Positions 49,685 to 59,124 are shown, counted from the stretch's first letter. The stretch: DNA of 64,000 nt from a virus (IMGVR_UViG_3300045988_176738:32001-96000), one strand, 5' to 3'. The notes: a model not told the origin generated them from the letters alone. Made by a program: numbers and translations.

Positions 49685-50540
49685 TTAAAAGATGTAAACA
49701 AGTATCTACATCTTCCATTGTAAATCCACAAGAAGAATTAACCTTTACAAAATTATTATGAAAAATATTCTCAATATCAAAAGATTCATCATCTATTATA
49801 AGAAAATTATAGTTAACTTTATCTTTTAAAAATTCTTTTATTTCTAAACCTCTATTTTGATTTATATATGGGGTTTTGTCTGAAATATTTAAACCATATT
49901 GTGCTAATCGTGAATTTGCAATAACCATATCTTCTTTTCTCAATCTCCAAGTTGAAGAAAGAATAATATTTACATTATATCTTCTTTGTTTTAAATCATT
50001 ACATAAATACATTAATGCTTCGATATTTCTATTGTCAAAAGGTACATCGCTACAAAAGAATGGCTCTTTACATCTTTGATAACAAAGTAAAGTATAATTA
50101 TCATTATTTAATACACCATCAATATCTAAAAAAATATAAAATATTTTTAAATCCTTTTCAATACTTTTCAAACAATTGTTTTCCATCTCTTGACATTCTT
50201 CATAAGATATTTCTTTATTTACGGTAGTATCTCTCCCCAAATATTTATACCAGCTTATTTTTATATCTTTATATTTAAAATTATAAGGTTGTTCATATTC
50301 TTCATCCCAACTATAAGCTTCTACTTCAAACACATCATTTTTATATTTACTTCCAGAATTCGAAAATGGATTTCCGAAAACATTATCATATTTAAAATAA
50401 TGATTTAATGTTGTACTAATTTTTTTTAAGGTGTCCATTAAATAATCAGGACATTGATATATTTGATTTTTATTTGTATTAAATGTTAAATTCCCTAATT
50501 CTAAACTTGCATTTTTCATATTAAAACCATAAAGCACCAA
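49647..50540 (-). CDS. protein with C-terminal HAD-type phosphatase domain (Pnk-phosphatase-like)
   Basis: YIFLDIDGVLN is the DxDGxL motif I. ILSSTWR is motif II-like. Confidence 0.5.
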   Translation of the reverse strand: MVLYGFNMKNASLELGNLTFNTNKNQIYQCPDYLMDTLKKISTTLNHYFKYDNVFGNPFSNSGSKYKNDVFEVEAYSWDEEYEQPYNFKYKDIKISWYKYLGRDTTVNKEISYEECQEMENNCLKSIEKDLKIFYIFLDIDGVLNNDNYTLLCYQRCKEPFFCSDVPFDNRNIEALMYLCNDLKQRRYNVNIILSSTWRLRKEDMVIANSRLAQYGLNISDKTPYINQNRGLEIKEFLKDKVNYNFLIIDDESFDIENIFHNNFVKVNSSCGFTMEDVDTCLHLLNEGGYDEEKKDT

Positions 50541-50985
50541 AATAATCTATAAAATCTCGTGTGCCCCTTTCCCAAATTTTTTGTTCTTTTTTTATTATTT
50601 CTGTCATATCTTCTGTTTTAAAATATTCTTCCAAAGATTCGGTATCTAATAATTTTACTTTAAATGCTTCTATCATATTATTAAGTTTTATTTGCCATCT
50701 TTCTTCTGCCACATTGCTAGGTAAATGCTTCCCATTTTTATCATAACAAAAATATCCAGGTATTGCAAAATGAGAATAATTATCTTTAAAATAGCATAAG
50801 TATGAATAAATTATAAGTGCTAATGTTGTATCTAAGTTAAAAAATTCCGCTTCTATAAAACCTTCTTCATTAGGTTTATATCTTTCATCTACTTCTCCTC
50901 TTTTCTTATTAAACAAGAAAAAATTATCATCATATCCTAATTCTTTTATATATTTATTTTGAAAAATCATATTTCCTCCTTTCAT
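50521..50985 (-). CDS. hypothetical protein
   Basis: 154 aa, the first gene after the promoter. Confidence 0.35.
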   Translation of the reverse strand: MKGGNMIFQNKYIKELGYDDNFFLFNKKRGEVDERYKPNEEGFIEAEFFNLDTTLALIIYSYLCYFKDNYSHFAIPGYFCYDKNGKHLPSNVAEERWQIKLNNMIEAFKVKLLDTESLEEYFKTEDMTEIIKKEQKIWERGTRDFIDYFGALWF

Positions 50986-50990
50986 TTATT

Positions 50991-51019
50991 ATTATACACT
51001 ATAAATTGAAAATTGTCAA
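50991..51019 (-). promoter_or_regulatory. consensus sigma70 promoter copy (– strand)
   Basis: The reverse complement reads cttgacaattttcaatttatagtgtataat. Confidence 0.65.
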
Positions 51020-51081
51020 GTACTTTTTATCTTTTTTCATATCTTTTTTATAGTTCTATATTTAAGAAGAATTATGCGTAA

Positions 51082-51429
51082 TTAAATTCCTTCTTCTTCT
51101 ACATAAAAATCATCATTTGTTAATATTTCTAAAATTTTTCTTAATTCCTCTGAATCATTTCCGCAACTTATTTCATCTGTAATATAATCAATAGCATTAT
51201 CAATATTCTCACTTAAAAATTCATTCTCATTAAAATAAAGATTTAGCTCATTTTGTAAAGCATTTATTTGTTTTTTATGTTTAAATAAAAAATTATATAA
51301 ATCAAGACAATCCTGTGCTAATAAAATTGTATTTTTATCAACACTTTTATCTTCTAAATTTTCATTTTCGTTTAATATTTTTAAACATTTATCAAATATT
51401 TTTTTAAATCTATTCATACTATAATTCAC
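51082..51429 (-). CDS. hypothetical protein
   Basis: 115 aa, acidic. Confidence 0.35.
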   Translation of the reverse strand: MNYSMNRFKKIFDKCLKILNENENLEDKSVDKNTILLAQDCLDLYNFLFKHKKQINALQNELNLYFNENEFLSENIDNAIDYITDEISCGNDSEELRKILEILTNDDFYVEEEGI

Positions 51430-51568
51430 CCTCTCTATCTAAAAGTCCAAATTTACTATTAGTAAACCCCCAAACAAAATGATATAAAACAAATTGTATT
51501 AAACATAACTATATCTTTCATGAAAATTTTCTATTACAAGCTAATCTTTTTTATCTTCTTTTATATCT

Positions 51569-52246
51569 TTAACTTTCATTAATTCTCTCCTGTGCAATAT
51601 TAAAATATTCTTTATCAATTTCAAAACCTACAAAATTTCTATTTAATTTTTTACAAGCAATTCCAGTAGTACCACTCCCCATAAAAGGGTCAAATACTAA
51701 ATCATTTTCTTGACTTGAAACTTTTATAAATCTTTCAATTAATTCTATGGGTTTTTCTGCTGGATGAATTCCTTTTTTACAAGATGTAATAAAAAATTTT
51801 CTAAAATCATTTAATTCTTTATGTTTTGAAAAATAAGTTCCTTTTTCTCTAATCATTATAATATATTCTAAATCACTTAAATGATGATTGTTATAAGCTG
51901 GAATTGGATTTGATTTTGCCATTACTAAAACATCAAATTGATATTTATTTTCTCTTGCAAAATTTATATAATCAGCAATTAACGATTTATTGCAAAAAAA
52001 ATATCCGTAAAATTTTTTCATTTTAGGCTTAATAATATTTAAAAAATCTATTGCATTAAATTCGCAACATTTTATATTTTTAAGACTGTTCAAATATGTT
52101 CTTTGAGTTGATTTGTTTTTAGAATAAAACCCACCTCCCTGATTTTCAAATTTGTAAGGTGGGTCAGTAACTACTAAATCAATACTACTTTCAGGTATCT
52201 GTTGAATAAGCTCTAAATAATCACCACATTTTAAATTCATAATCAT
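51569..52246 (-). CDS. DNA N6-adenine / N4-cytosine methyltransferase (beta-class, orphan)
   Basis: DLVVTDPPY is motif IV, and FDPFMGSGTTGIA is motif I. No restriction partner is present. Confidence 0.8.
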   Translation of the reverse strand: MIMNLKCGDYLELIQQIPESSIDLVVTDPPYKFENQGGGFYSKNKSTQRTYLNSLKNIKCCEFNAIDFLNIIKPKMKKFYGYFFCNKSLIADYINFARENKYQFDVLVMAKSNPIPAYNNHHLSDLEYIIMIREKGTYFSKHKELNDFRKFFITSCKKGIHPAEKPIELIERFIKVSSQENDLVFDPFMGSGTTGIACKKLNRNFVGFEIDKEYFNIAQERINES

Positions 52247-52251
52247 CTTAA

Positions 52252-52518
52252 TTAGTCTCCTTTTTCATTTTGTTCAGCATAATATGCTACTCCCGTATAA
52301 CCTTTTTTAGCAAGTTCAATCCCCTGGTTTAAAGCCCTTATATAATCATCTGTAGTAAATAAATTTCTTCCGATTATTGCATCTTCTGGGCATTCATCTA
52401 AATTAAAAACACTAAAAGATATATTTTCTTCATTTTTTTCGATTTCCTCACCACGGACATCTCCAAAATCATCTTCATATACTTTTATTCTTAATCCTAA
52501 AATTTTTTCATTATTCAT
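52252..52518 (-). CDS. hypothetical protein
   Basis: An 88-aa ORF. Confidence 0.35.
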   Translation of the reverse strand: MNNEKILGLRIKVYEDDFGDVRGEEIEKNEENISFSVFNLDECPEDAIIGRNLFTTDDYIRALNQGIELAKKGYTGVAYYAEQNEKGD

Positions 52519-52541
52519 AATATTTCCTCCTTTTATTTAAT

Positions 52542-52570
52542 ATTATATATTATAATTTGAATTTTGTCAA
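52542..52570 (-). promoter_or_regulatory. sigma70 promoter, variant copy (– strand)
   Basis: The reverse complement reads cttgacaaaattcaaattataatatataat. Confidence 0.55.
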
Positions 52571-52615
52571 GTATAATTTATAAATATTTTTTTTCTTAAA
52601 ATGAAATTTTTATTA

Positions 52616-53074
52616 TTAATTTGTACTTCCAAATCCCCCAGTTCTTTCATCATCGGCATTATCATCATTAGTAATTAAATATTTTATAAACATAGCTTGT
52701 GCAATTCTATCTCCAATTTCAACATTAAAATCCTCTGTTCCATAATTATAGAATAAAATTCCAATTTCGCCTTCATTACTTTTATTGTTATAATAATCAG
52801 ATTCTATCCAACCTTGTGTATTAGCAAGAATTATATTTTTCTTTCCCATAGAGCTACGAACATTAATTATAAGTGCTTCATCACTTTGAAATTGTGCTTT
52901 AATACCAGTCCATAACATATATGATTGATTAGGTCTTATTGTAAAATTTTCTGGACTATAAATATCGTAAGCAACACTATTTTTTGTTGCCCTTTTAGGC
53001 AACTCAAATTTAGGTGTTTTCATTTCATAACCTGTACTCAACATTCTATTTACATATTCAAATTTTCTTCCCAT
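52616..53074 (-). CDS. dut: dUTP diphosphatase
   Basis: The five dUTPase motifs are present: AYDIYS, RSS, GWIESDY, RIAQ and RTGGFGSTN. Confidence 0.85.
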   Translation of the reverse strand: MGRKFEYVNRMLSTGYEMKTPKFELPKRATKNSVAYDIYSPENFTIRPNQSYMLWTGIKAQFQSDEALIINVRSSMGKKNIILANTQGWIESDYYNNKSNEGEIGILFYNYGTEDFNVEIGDRIAQAMFIKYLITNDDNADDERTGGFGSTN

Positions 53075-53343
53075 AAATTATCCATCTCCTCATTATTAAT
53101 ATAATCAATATATTCTTGACAATCCGCTAATTGATTTATCAAATCTCTTCTAGTTTCACTTGCAACCTCAAAACAATTATCGTAAGCTTCTTTCAAATCT
53201 TCATTTTCTTTTTGCAGTTTTTCTATTAAATTCATTATTATTCTTAAATCTTGAATTCCAAGATTATAAAGATTTATTTGTTCTGGATTATCTTCTAAAA
53301 TATCTTTGAAATTTTTAATAACTTTTTCTTCTTTATCAGTCAT
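53050..53343 (-). CDS. hypothetical protein
   Basis: 97 aa, acidic and helical. Confidence 0.3.
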   Translation of the reverse strand: MTDKEEKVIKNFKDILEDNPEQINLYNLGIQDLRIIMNLIEKLQKENEDLKEAYDNCFEVASETRRDLINQLADCQEYIDYINNEEMDNLWEENLNM

Positions 53344-53346
53344 ATT

Positions 53347-53595
53347 TTACAACTCCATATACTTTGGATTTACATATATATCTACATAATGTTTTTTAAT
53401 TTCTTCAATAGTTTTTGGTTCTTTAAACTCAAAGTGTGAAACTTTGTTACCATTCTTATCAAATAACCTATAACCATATGTTTTTTCTCCTTTTTTACCA
53501 AATATGCCTGTTTTGTTAATATCAACAGTTTCCTCTATTTGATAACTGTTTACTTCTTGTATTAACCTTTTGATATAATCTTCATAATTTCCCAT
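53347..53595 (-). CDS. hypothetical protein
   Basis: An 82-aa ORF. Confidence 0.3.
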   Translation of the reverse strand: MGNYEDYIKRLIQEVNSYQIEETVDINKTGIFGKKGEKTYGYRLFDKNGNKVSHFEFKEPKTIEEIKKHYVDIYVNPKYMEL

Positions 53596-53603
53596 AATCC
53601 CTC

Positions 53604-53792
53604 CTATAAAAATAAATCATTTTCTATTTCTTCAATAAAATCTTTTAATGCTTTTAATTCAGAATCAGACATTATTTTTTTTGTATTAAATAAATTAATA
53701 TAATTTTCATTTTCAGAAATATACTCTTTAAGTATTTTTATATATCTCAGCAATTTTCTTCTTATTTTTATTTGCTCAAGAATTTCTTTCAT
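53604..53792 (-). CDS. hypothetical protein
   Basis: A 62-aa ORF. Confidence 0.3.
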   Translation of the reverse strand: MKEILEQIKIRRKLLRYIKILKEYISENENYINLFNTKKIMSDSELKALKDFIEEIENDLFL

Positions 53793-53851
53793 AATTTATC
53801 ACTTCTTTCATAATTATCATTTTTTTTGTTTATTTTATATATTCACATTTA

Positions 53852-54640
53852 TCAATAATTAATCCGATAATAATAATAAATAAAATTAACAGGATCCATA
53901 ACATTCTTATTTATATATGTTTTTAATGATTTCATATTCGTTTGTCTCTTAAATTTTTTTATTAATTTATCTGTATTTAATTCATTTAAATTGTCAGTCA
54001 TATAAAGATACGCTCCAGCAAAACATGGTCTATAAAGATTTGCTCCTTCTAAATTTATATCTTCTAAATTTGCTCCATAAAAACTTGTTCTATAAAGATT
54101 TGCACCCTCTAAATTTGCACCTTTTAAATTTGCTCCAGCAAAATTTACATCTTTCAAATTTGCATTCTTTAAGTTTGCTCCTTCTAGGTTTGCATATGTT
54201 AAATCCGACAGAAAAAGGTCTGCACCTTCTAAGTTTATTCTCTGTAAATCTGCTCCACTAAGCTTTGCACTTTGCAATTGTGAACCTTCTAAATTTGCTT
54301 CATTTAAGTCTTCACCTTGTTCAATTGCACGTTCTAACGCTTCTTTAATTGTATTTGCTATACTTGTTTTATATAATATCTTATTATATTTATTTTTTAT
54401 TTGTATTTCTATTAAACCTTCTTCGATTAAATCATGTAATAATTCATTTTGTAATTCTTCAAAATTGTCCCCACAAAAATCTTTAACATCTATTAATATT
54501 GTTCCATCTCCAAATATTGCTATATAATCGTTATCTTTTAAATCTTTTATATATGCTTTATGATAACCATCATCTTTTACTAATCTATATCCGAATTTTT
54601 CAAGTTCTTTTAAATCTATATCTTTTCTTATTCTATACAT
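53852..54640 (-). CDS. pentapeptide-repeat protein (N-terminal unknown domain + C-terminal A(N/D)LxG repeats)
   Basis: At least 16 consecutive pentapeptide units (ANLEGANLKNANLKDVNFAGANLKGANLEGANLYR...). Confidence 0.8.
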   Translation of the reverse strand: MYRIRKDIDLKELEKFGYRLVKDDGYHKAYIKDLKDNDYIAIFGDGTILIDVKDFCGDNFEELQNELLHDLIEEGLIEIQIKNKYNKILYKTSIANTIKEALERAIEQGEDLNEANLEGSQLQSAKLSGADLQRINLEGADLFLSDLTYANLEGANLKNANLKDVNFAGANLKGANLEGANLYRTSFYGANLEDINLEGANLYRPCFAGAYLYMTDNLNELNTDKLIKKFKRQTNMKSLKTYINKNVMDPVNFIYYYYRINY

Positions 54641-54653
54641 TTTTATTTCCTCC

Positions 54654-55370
54654 TTAATGTAACCAATAAATCATTCTAATATGTTCAATAATCATTCTTA
54701 TATAAAATTTTATTTTTTTAAAGTGCAATAAATTTTCAAATTTAAATATTTCTTTTAAATAATCTATTATTCTTCTTTTATTATATTGAATATCATATTT
54801 TCTATTATATTTATCTATAATCATATCTAAATCAACCATATCATAAATATTATGTGAATGATTTATAATATAAGCATATTTTCCACTATCTCCTGCACTT
54901 TTATCAAAAGTTATATTTTTTAAAATAAATTTAGAAATTGGTGTTTTTTCATATCCATTACCTATACTTAAACCAATTATCACACAATAATAATCATCTT
55001 TATGTCTTATATTATAAACTTTTATATCATTACTTCTATTATTACCTAAAGGATAAGAAATAATTTCTAAATCTAAATTTTCATTAAAATATTGACTATA
55101 AAAATCTTCTTCTTCTATTTCAAAAGTTGAACTGTTAAAATGAATAATTGGAGGATAGCACTTCAAAAATTCTAAACAAAATGAACCAAATGGAATTGTC
55201 GCATGAGCACCAACTTTATTTTTATTTTCAAAATCTATTTTTTCATCTAAAATTTCTCTTTCATCTAAAACTTTCCATTCATCATTTTCACAAATTAACG
55301 CATTATCTGAAAATTCAGGTTTTAAAATCCCATTTTTCCAAACAAATGCACCCCAATTACTATATGCCAT
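54654..55370 (-). CDS. hypothetical protein
   Basis: A 238-aa ORF. Confidence 0.35.
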   Translation of the reverse strand: MAYSNWGAFVWKNGILKPEFSDNALICENDEWKVLDEREILDEKIDFENKNKVGAHATIPFGSFCLEFLKCYPPIIHFNSSTFEIEEEDFYSQYFNENLDLEIISYPLGNNRSNDIKVYNIRHKDDYYCVIIGLSIGNGYEKTPISKFILKNITFDKSAGDSGKYAYIINHSHNIYDMVDLDMIIDKYNRKYDIQYNKRRIIDYLKEIFKFENLLHFKKIKFYIRMIIEHIRMIYWLH

Positions 55371-55372
55371 AA

Positions 55373-55777
55373 CTATCTCCTTTCATATTTTGATGCCAAA
55401 TTCCAAAAATCTGGAATCTCATAAATATTTCCTATTATTTCTAAATCATATCCATTTAAATAATAACTTAAATTTTCATGTTCTAATATTCTATTTGGTG
55501 AAATTAAATTGTAAGCTAAATTTTCTTCCGACCAAATAATTAATGCAATTTTAGGACATTCATTGAATTTATCATTCTTATTTTTAAATTTTATTATGTC
55601 ATTTCTATATATTTCTTTTCCATTCTTGTCACATATTCCTATATATTCCGTTAATATTAATTCAGCACTTTCTGGAGTAATAAAAATATTTTTAACATTA
55701 GTGTCTAAAAATTCATACCAATTTAGCATTTTTTTATTTATTTTATCCCAAGCCCTATACTTTATCTCTTTAGTCAT
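55373..55777 (-). CDS. YopX-like phage protein
   Basis: The N-terminal KYRAWDKINKKM is typical of the YopX family. Confidence 0.5.
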   Translation of the reverse strand: MTKEIKYRAWDKINKKMLNWYEFLDTNVKNIFITPESAELILTEYIGICDKNGKEIYRNDIIKFKNKNDKFNECPKIALIIWSEENLAYNLISPNRILEHENLSYYLNGYDLEIIGNIYEIPDFWNLASKYERR

Positions 55778-55944
55778 TATCCCCTCCTTTTATTTAATAT
55801 ATTTTCTAAAATTGATTTTCTAATAACTTTTATTTCACCATTTTGAAATTTTAAATAATAATATTTTTCATCAACTTGAAAAATCAAAACATTTTCTTTT
55901 TTATAAACAATTCTTTCACCTTTTTTAAACTTATCATTCATCTC

Positions 55945-56220
55945 TCACTTCCCATAATAATCTCCAATTTTAAATCCATAATATTGTTTTTTATTTACTT
56001 CTATCCAAGTTGTTTTATTTCTTCCGTTAAAATCTTTTTGTAATTGTATAAAATAATGAATCCCCTCATTTTCTTCAATTTTTTTATCTATTATTTCACC
56101 TTTTATAACGCCAAACTCATCTTCCATAGGCGTATTATAAAGTAATTTATATAATGAATAAGTACTAAACAATAATCCACTACACAAAATAATTATTAAT
56201 ATTATATTTCCTACTTTCAT
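55945..56220 (-). CDS. small membrane protein
   Basis: N-terminal TM helix. Confidence 0.35.
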   Translation of the reverse strand: MKVGNIILIIILCSGLLFSTYSLYKLLYNTPMEDEFGVIKGEIIDKKIEENEGIHYFIQLQKDFNGRNKTTWIEVNKKQYYGFKIGDYYGK

Positions 56221-56299
56221 ATTGACTATTCTCCTTTATTTTTTGATATATTTGTAACTAAAATCGTTGTAAACATTCCCATAAAACATCCAATTACCA

Positions 56300-57650
56300 T
56301 TCCTATAAAAAACATATTTTACCTCCTTTTATTCATAAAAAGTTGACGCTCCCCCAAGCTTTAGCTCAGGGGATTCTTGCTTCACCCATTACGGTTATTA
56401 TCACACCTTTTGGCAGTTTTCCCACAATGTCCACAAGCTTTTAGGTTCGGTATCGCCCATACCTACCATATTTTTAGATTACTAACAATCTTAATCCTTC
56501 TTGTTTTATATTCTTAGCTGCATTTATATCTCTATCTATATTGGTTGTTCCACAATTAGGACAATCCCAATATCTGATAGTTAAGTCCTTTAGTATTGGA
56601 TTTTGAAAACCACAGCAATTACATATCTGACTTGATGGAAACCATTTATCGACTTTTATAAGATTTCCACCTCGTTCTTGTAATTTGTAAGCTAACATAT
56701 CCAAAAACATTCCATATCCATTATCTAATGTAGCTTTGCCATTTCCAAAACCTTTATTAGATATAACCCTTATATTAAGACTTTCTACACATACATAAGC
56801 ATACTGTTTGGCTATCGCAGTAGACTGTTTATGCAGATAATCCTTTCTCTGATTTGCTATATGTCTATGAATTTTAGCAACCTTTTTCTGCTGTTTATAA
56901 TAGTTCCTGCTACCAATTACTTTATTACGAAGTTTTCTTTGCTGTTTAGCAAGATTATTTGCTGACAGTTTGTAATAATGAGGCATATTAGCAACTACCC
57001 CTGTGTCGCTTACATACAACCCATCTGACTTATAATCTAACCCAGTTGTGTTGTCCTCGGTAGGGGTAACTTGTACTGGTTCTTCTTCTATAATCTCAAA
57101 AAGAATAGATGCCTGATAGGTTTCATCCCTGTTTTGAGTAATTGTAGCTGACTTAATTCGTAAACATCTTGTATCAAGGCTGATTTTAGCTTTTACTTTA
57201 CCAACTTTCGGGAGTTTGACATAATTTTCGCCAACTTCGATATTGTTATTCGTAAAGTTTGTAGTATATGACTTCTTTGCTTTATGTTTATTCTTATACT
57301 TTGGATGCTTTCCGAGATGTTTAAACATCCTCTGGTAACCATCTTCCAAGTGATATATTGCATTTGTCAAAGCAAATTTATCTACTTCTTTAAGCCAAGC
57401 GTATTCTGTTTTAAGATTATGGTTACAATACAAGTTCATATCAAATTTACTGAGGTGACTTTCTTTATTTTTATATCGTTCTTCCTGAACGGAAAGTATC
57501 TGGTTATACACAAACCTTGTACATCCAAAAGTCTTTTGGAAAAGTTCTGCTTGTTTTTTATTTGGATATAATCTGTAAACAATAGCTCTATTGGTTTTAA
57601 TCATATCAAGCTCTCCTTTCTGCCGACTTAGGTCGGCTAATATTTTGTTG
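56300..57650 (-). mobile_element. IS200/IS605-family tnpB-only element, with a left-end hairpin and a putative 3' omega-RNA region
   Basis: It has a TnpB ORF, and an LE-like hairpin gccgacttaggtcggc at 57622-57637 just upstream of tnpB. A GC-richer structured segment (56335-56470) lies immediately 3' of the tnpB stop, which is where omega/reRNA maps. Local GC is higher than the surrounding sequence. Confidence 0.55.
56474..57604 (-). CDS. tnpB: TnpB (IS605 OrfB-family RuvC-like RNA-guided nuclease)
   Basis: The N-terminus AIVYRLYPNKKQAELFQKTFGCTRFVYNQ is the OrfB HTH. The C-terminus CNCCGFQN..WDCPNCGTTNIDRDINAAKNI carries the Zn finger and RuvC-III. Confidence 0.8.
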   Translation of the reverse strand: MIKTNRAIVYRLYPNKKQAELFQKTFGCTRFVYNQILSVQEERYKNKESHLSKFDMNLYCNHNLKTEYAWLKEVDKFALTNAIYHLEDGYQRMFKHLGKHPKYKNKHKAKKSYTTNFTNNNIEVGENYVKLPKVGKVKAKISLDTRCLRIKSATITQNRDETYQASILFEIIEEEPVQVTPTEDNTTGLDYKSDGLYVSDTGVVANMPHYYKLSANNLAKQQRKLRNKVIGSRNYYKQQKKVAKIHRHIANQRKDYLHKQSTAIAKQYAYVCVESLNIRVISNKGFGNGKATLDNGYGMFLDMLAYKLQERGGNLIKVDKWFPSSQICNCCGFQNPILKDLTIRYWDCPNCGTTNIDRDINAAKNIKQEGLRLLVI

Positions 57651-57652
57651 CC

Positions 57653-57886
57653 TTAACCCCTTCGGAGATTGCGGTAACTTATTGTTTCAAATGATGATAA
57701 ATCTTTACTTAAATCATCTTCTAAATAGAATCGCTTTTTATGTTCTTTAACTTTATATATATATTTATTAATAATATTAGAATATTTTACCTTTGAAATA
57801 GTGCAAATTTCATTTGTTTGTTTAATTCTAACCATATCATCAATTTTGAAAAAACTAGAATTAATTCTTTTATTTTTTTTGAACAT
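57653..57886 (-). CDS. hypothetical protein
   Basis: A 77-aa ORF. Confidence 0.3.
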   Translation of the reverse strand: MFKKNKRINSSFFKIDDMVRIKQTNEICTISKVKYSNIINKYIYKVKEHKKRFYLEDDLSKDLSSFETISYRNLRRG

Positions 57887-58133
57887 TAAATCCTCCTCTA
57901 TTGGATATTTCTTCCAATGTTAAAATATAATTTTTAACTTCTAAAAGAGTATTGTAAATCTTCAAACTATTTTGTGGCTTAAAGTTAGGATGACTAAAAA
58001 GATTTATTATTTCATCAAAATCTTCTTTTATATTTTTTATTTCTAATTTGTTTACTATTTCTGTAAGTTCTTCCTTACTTATTCGTCTTAATTGCTTTTT
58101 TATTTGCTCTATCAATTCAGGATTATTCGTCAT
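57870..58133 (-). CDS. hypothetical protein
   Basis: An 87-aa ORF. Confidence 0.3.
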   Translation of the reverse strand: MTNNPELIEQIKKQLRRISKEELTEIVNKLEIKNIKEDFDEIINLFSHPNFKPQNSLKIYNTLLEVKNYILTLEEISNRGGFNVQKK

Positions 58134-58626
58134 ATTGTTCTAAATCCTCCTTTTTGGTTAAAGTCCATGGGAAAGAGATATTTTCTTTAAAATAATATTC
58201 ATCTATTATTCCAGCTAATGTTGCTAAATATTGATATTCTTTTCCACAAAACATACTTCCATTTGCTTTCCAAGGCAAAAAAGTAATAGAATCATCTTTA
58301 TTTATTTTATATCTTATAGGAGTACCAGATTGACCTTCTATTGCTCTATTGTTATTTATTCTAAGATAATGATATTTTATTCCACATACATACACAAAAT
58401 TATCATAATCTAAAAATGATATTCCATATTCATTATGTTTTATTCTTGATTTAATAATTTCAGATAGCTTACTCTCTAAATATTCTTTTATTTTATTATA
58501 ATCGGTTTCAATTACTACTCTTAATGGAGAAAATTTTTGTCCAATTTCATAACCATCATCGCTATAACCAATTCTTGTTAAAAAACTATCAATTCCACTA
58601 GGAGAAAACAAAGCTATTTTATTCAT
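58123..58626 (-). CDS. hypothetical protein
   Basis: A 167-aa ORF. Confidence 0.35.
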   Translation of the reverse strand: MNKIALFSPSGIDSFLTRIGYSDDGYEIGQKFSPLRVVIETDYNKIKEYLESKLSEIIKSRIKHNEYGISFLDYDNFVYVCGIKYHYLRINNNRAIEGQSGTPIRYKINKDDSITFLPWKANGSMFCGKEYQYLATLAGIIDEYYFKENISFPWTLTKKEDLEQYDE

Positions 58627-59053
58627 TTATTTCACCCCACAATTCAAAATCATATTTATATTTATCATATATCTTTTTCCATTCAAATTCTGTTATTCCA
58701 CCACATATCGCCTTTTCTTCTAAATTGTAAATACATTGTCTTAAATATGTTTTATTCATTTTATTCTTAAATAATTCAACATATTTAATATCACTATTAA
58801 TAACATTATATTTTTTGAAAAACAAGATCATTTTATTCATAGAATCTTCTGAAATATTGTAACCTCTTTTATTAAATTCTTCTATTATAATATAGGTATA
58901 AGATAATAAATGTTCTAAAGGATATTTATCCCATAAAAAATTAATTAAAATATGTCTATTTTCTTTTACAAAAATGGAACAAAGTTCTCTCCATTGTGAT
59001 AATAATTGCTGTCGAGGTAATACTTCAATTAAATCCTTATGCCATAATCGCAT
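58619..59053 (-). CDS. hypothetical protein
   Basis: 144 aa, the first gene after a promoter copy. Confidence 0.35.
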   Translation of the reverse strand: MRLWHKDLIEVLPRQQLLSQWRELCSIFVKENRHILINFLWDKYPLEHLLSYTYIIIEEFNKRGYNISEDSMNKMILFFKKYNVINSDIKYVELFKNKMNKTYLRQCIYNLEEKAICGGITEFEWKKIYDKYKYDFELWGEINE

Positions 59054-59076
59054 TCCATCAACTCCTTTCGATTATT

Positions 59077-59105
59077 ATTATACACTATAAAAAAAACTTT
59101 GTCAA
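59077..59105 (-). promoter_or_regulatory. consensus sigma70 promoter copy (– strand)
   Basis: The reverse complement reads cttgacaaagttttttttatagtgtataat. Confidence 0.6.
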
Positions 59106-59124
59106 GTATTTTATTATAAATTTT

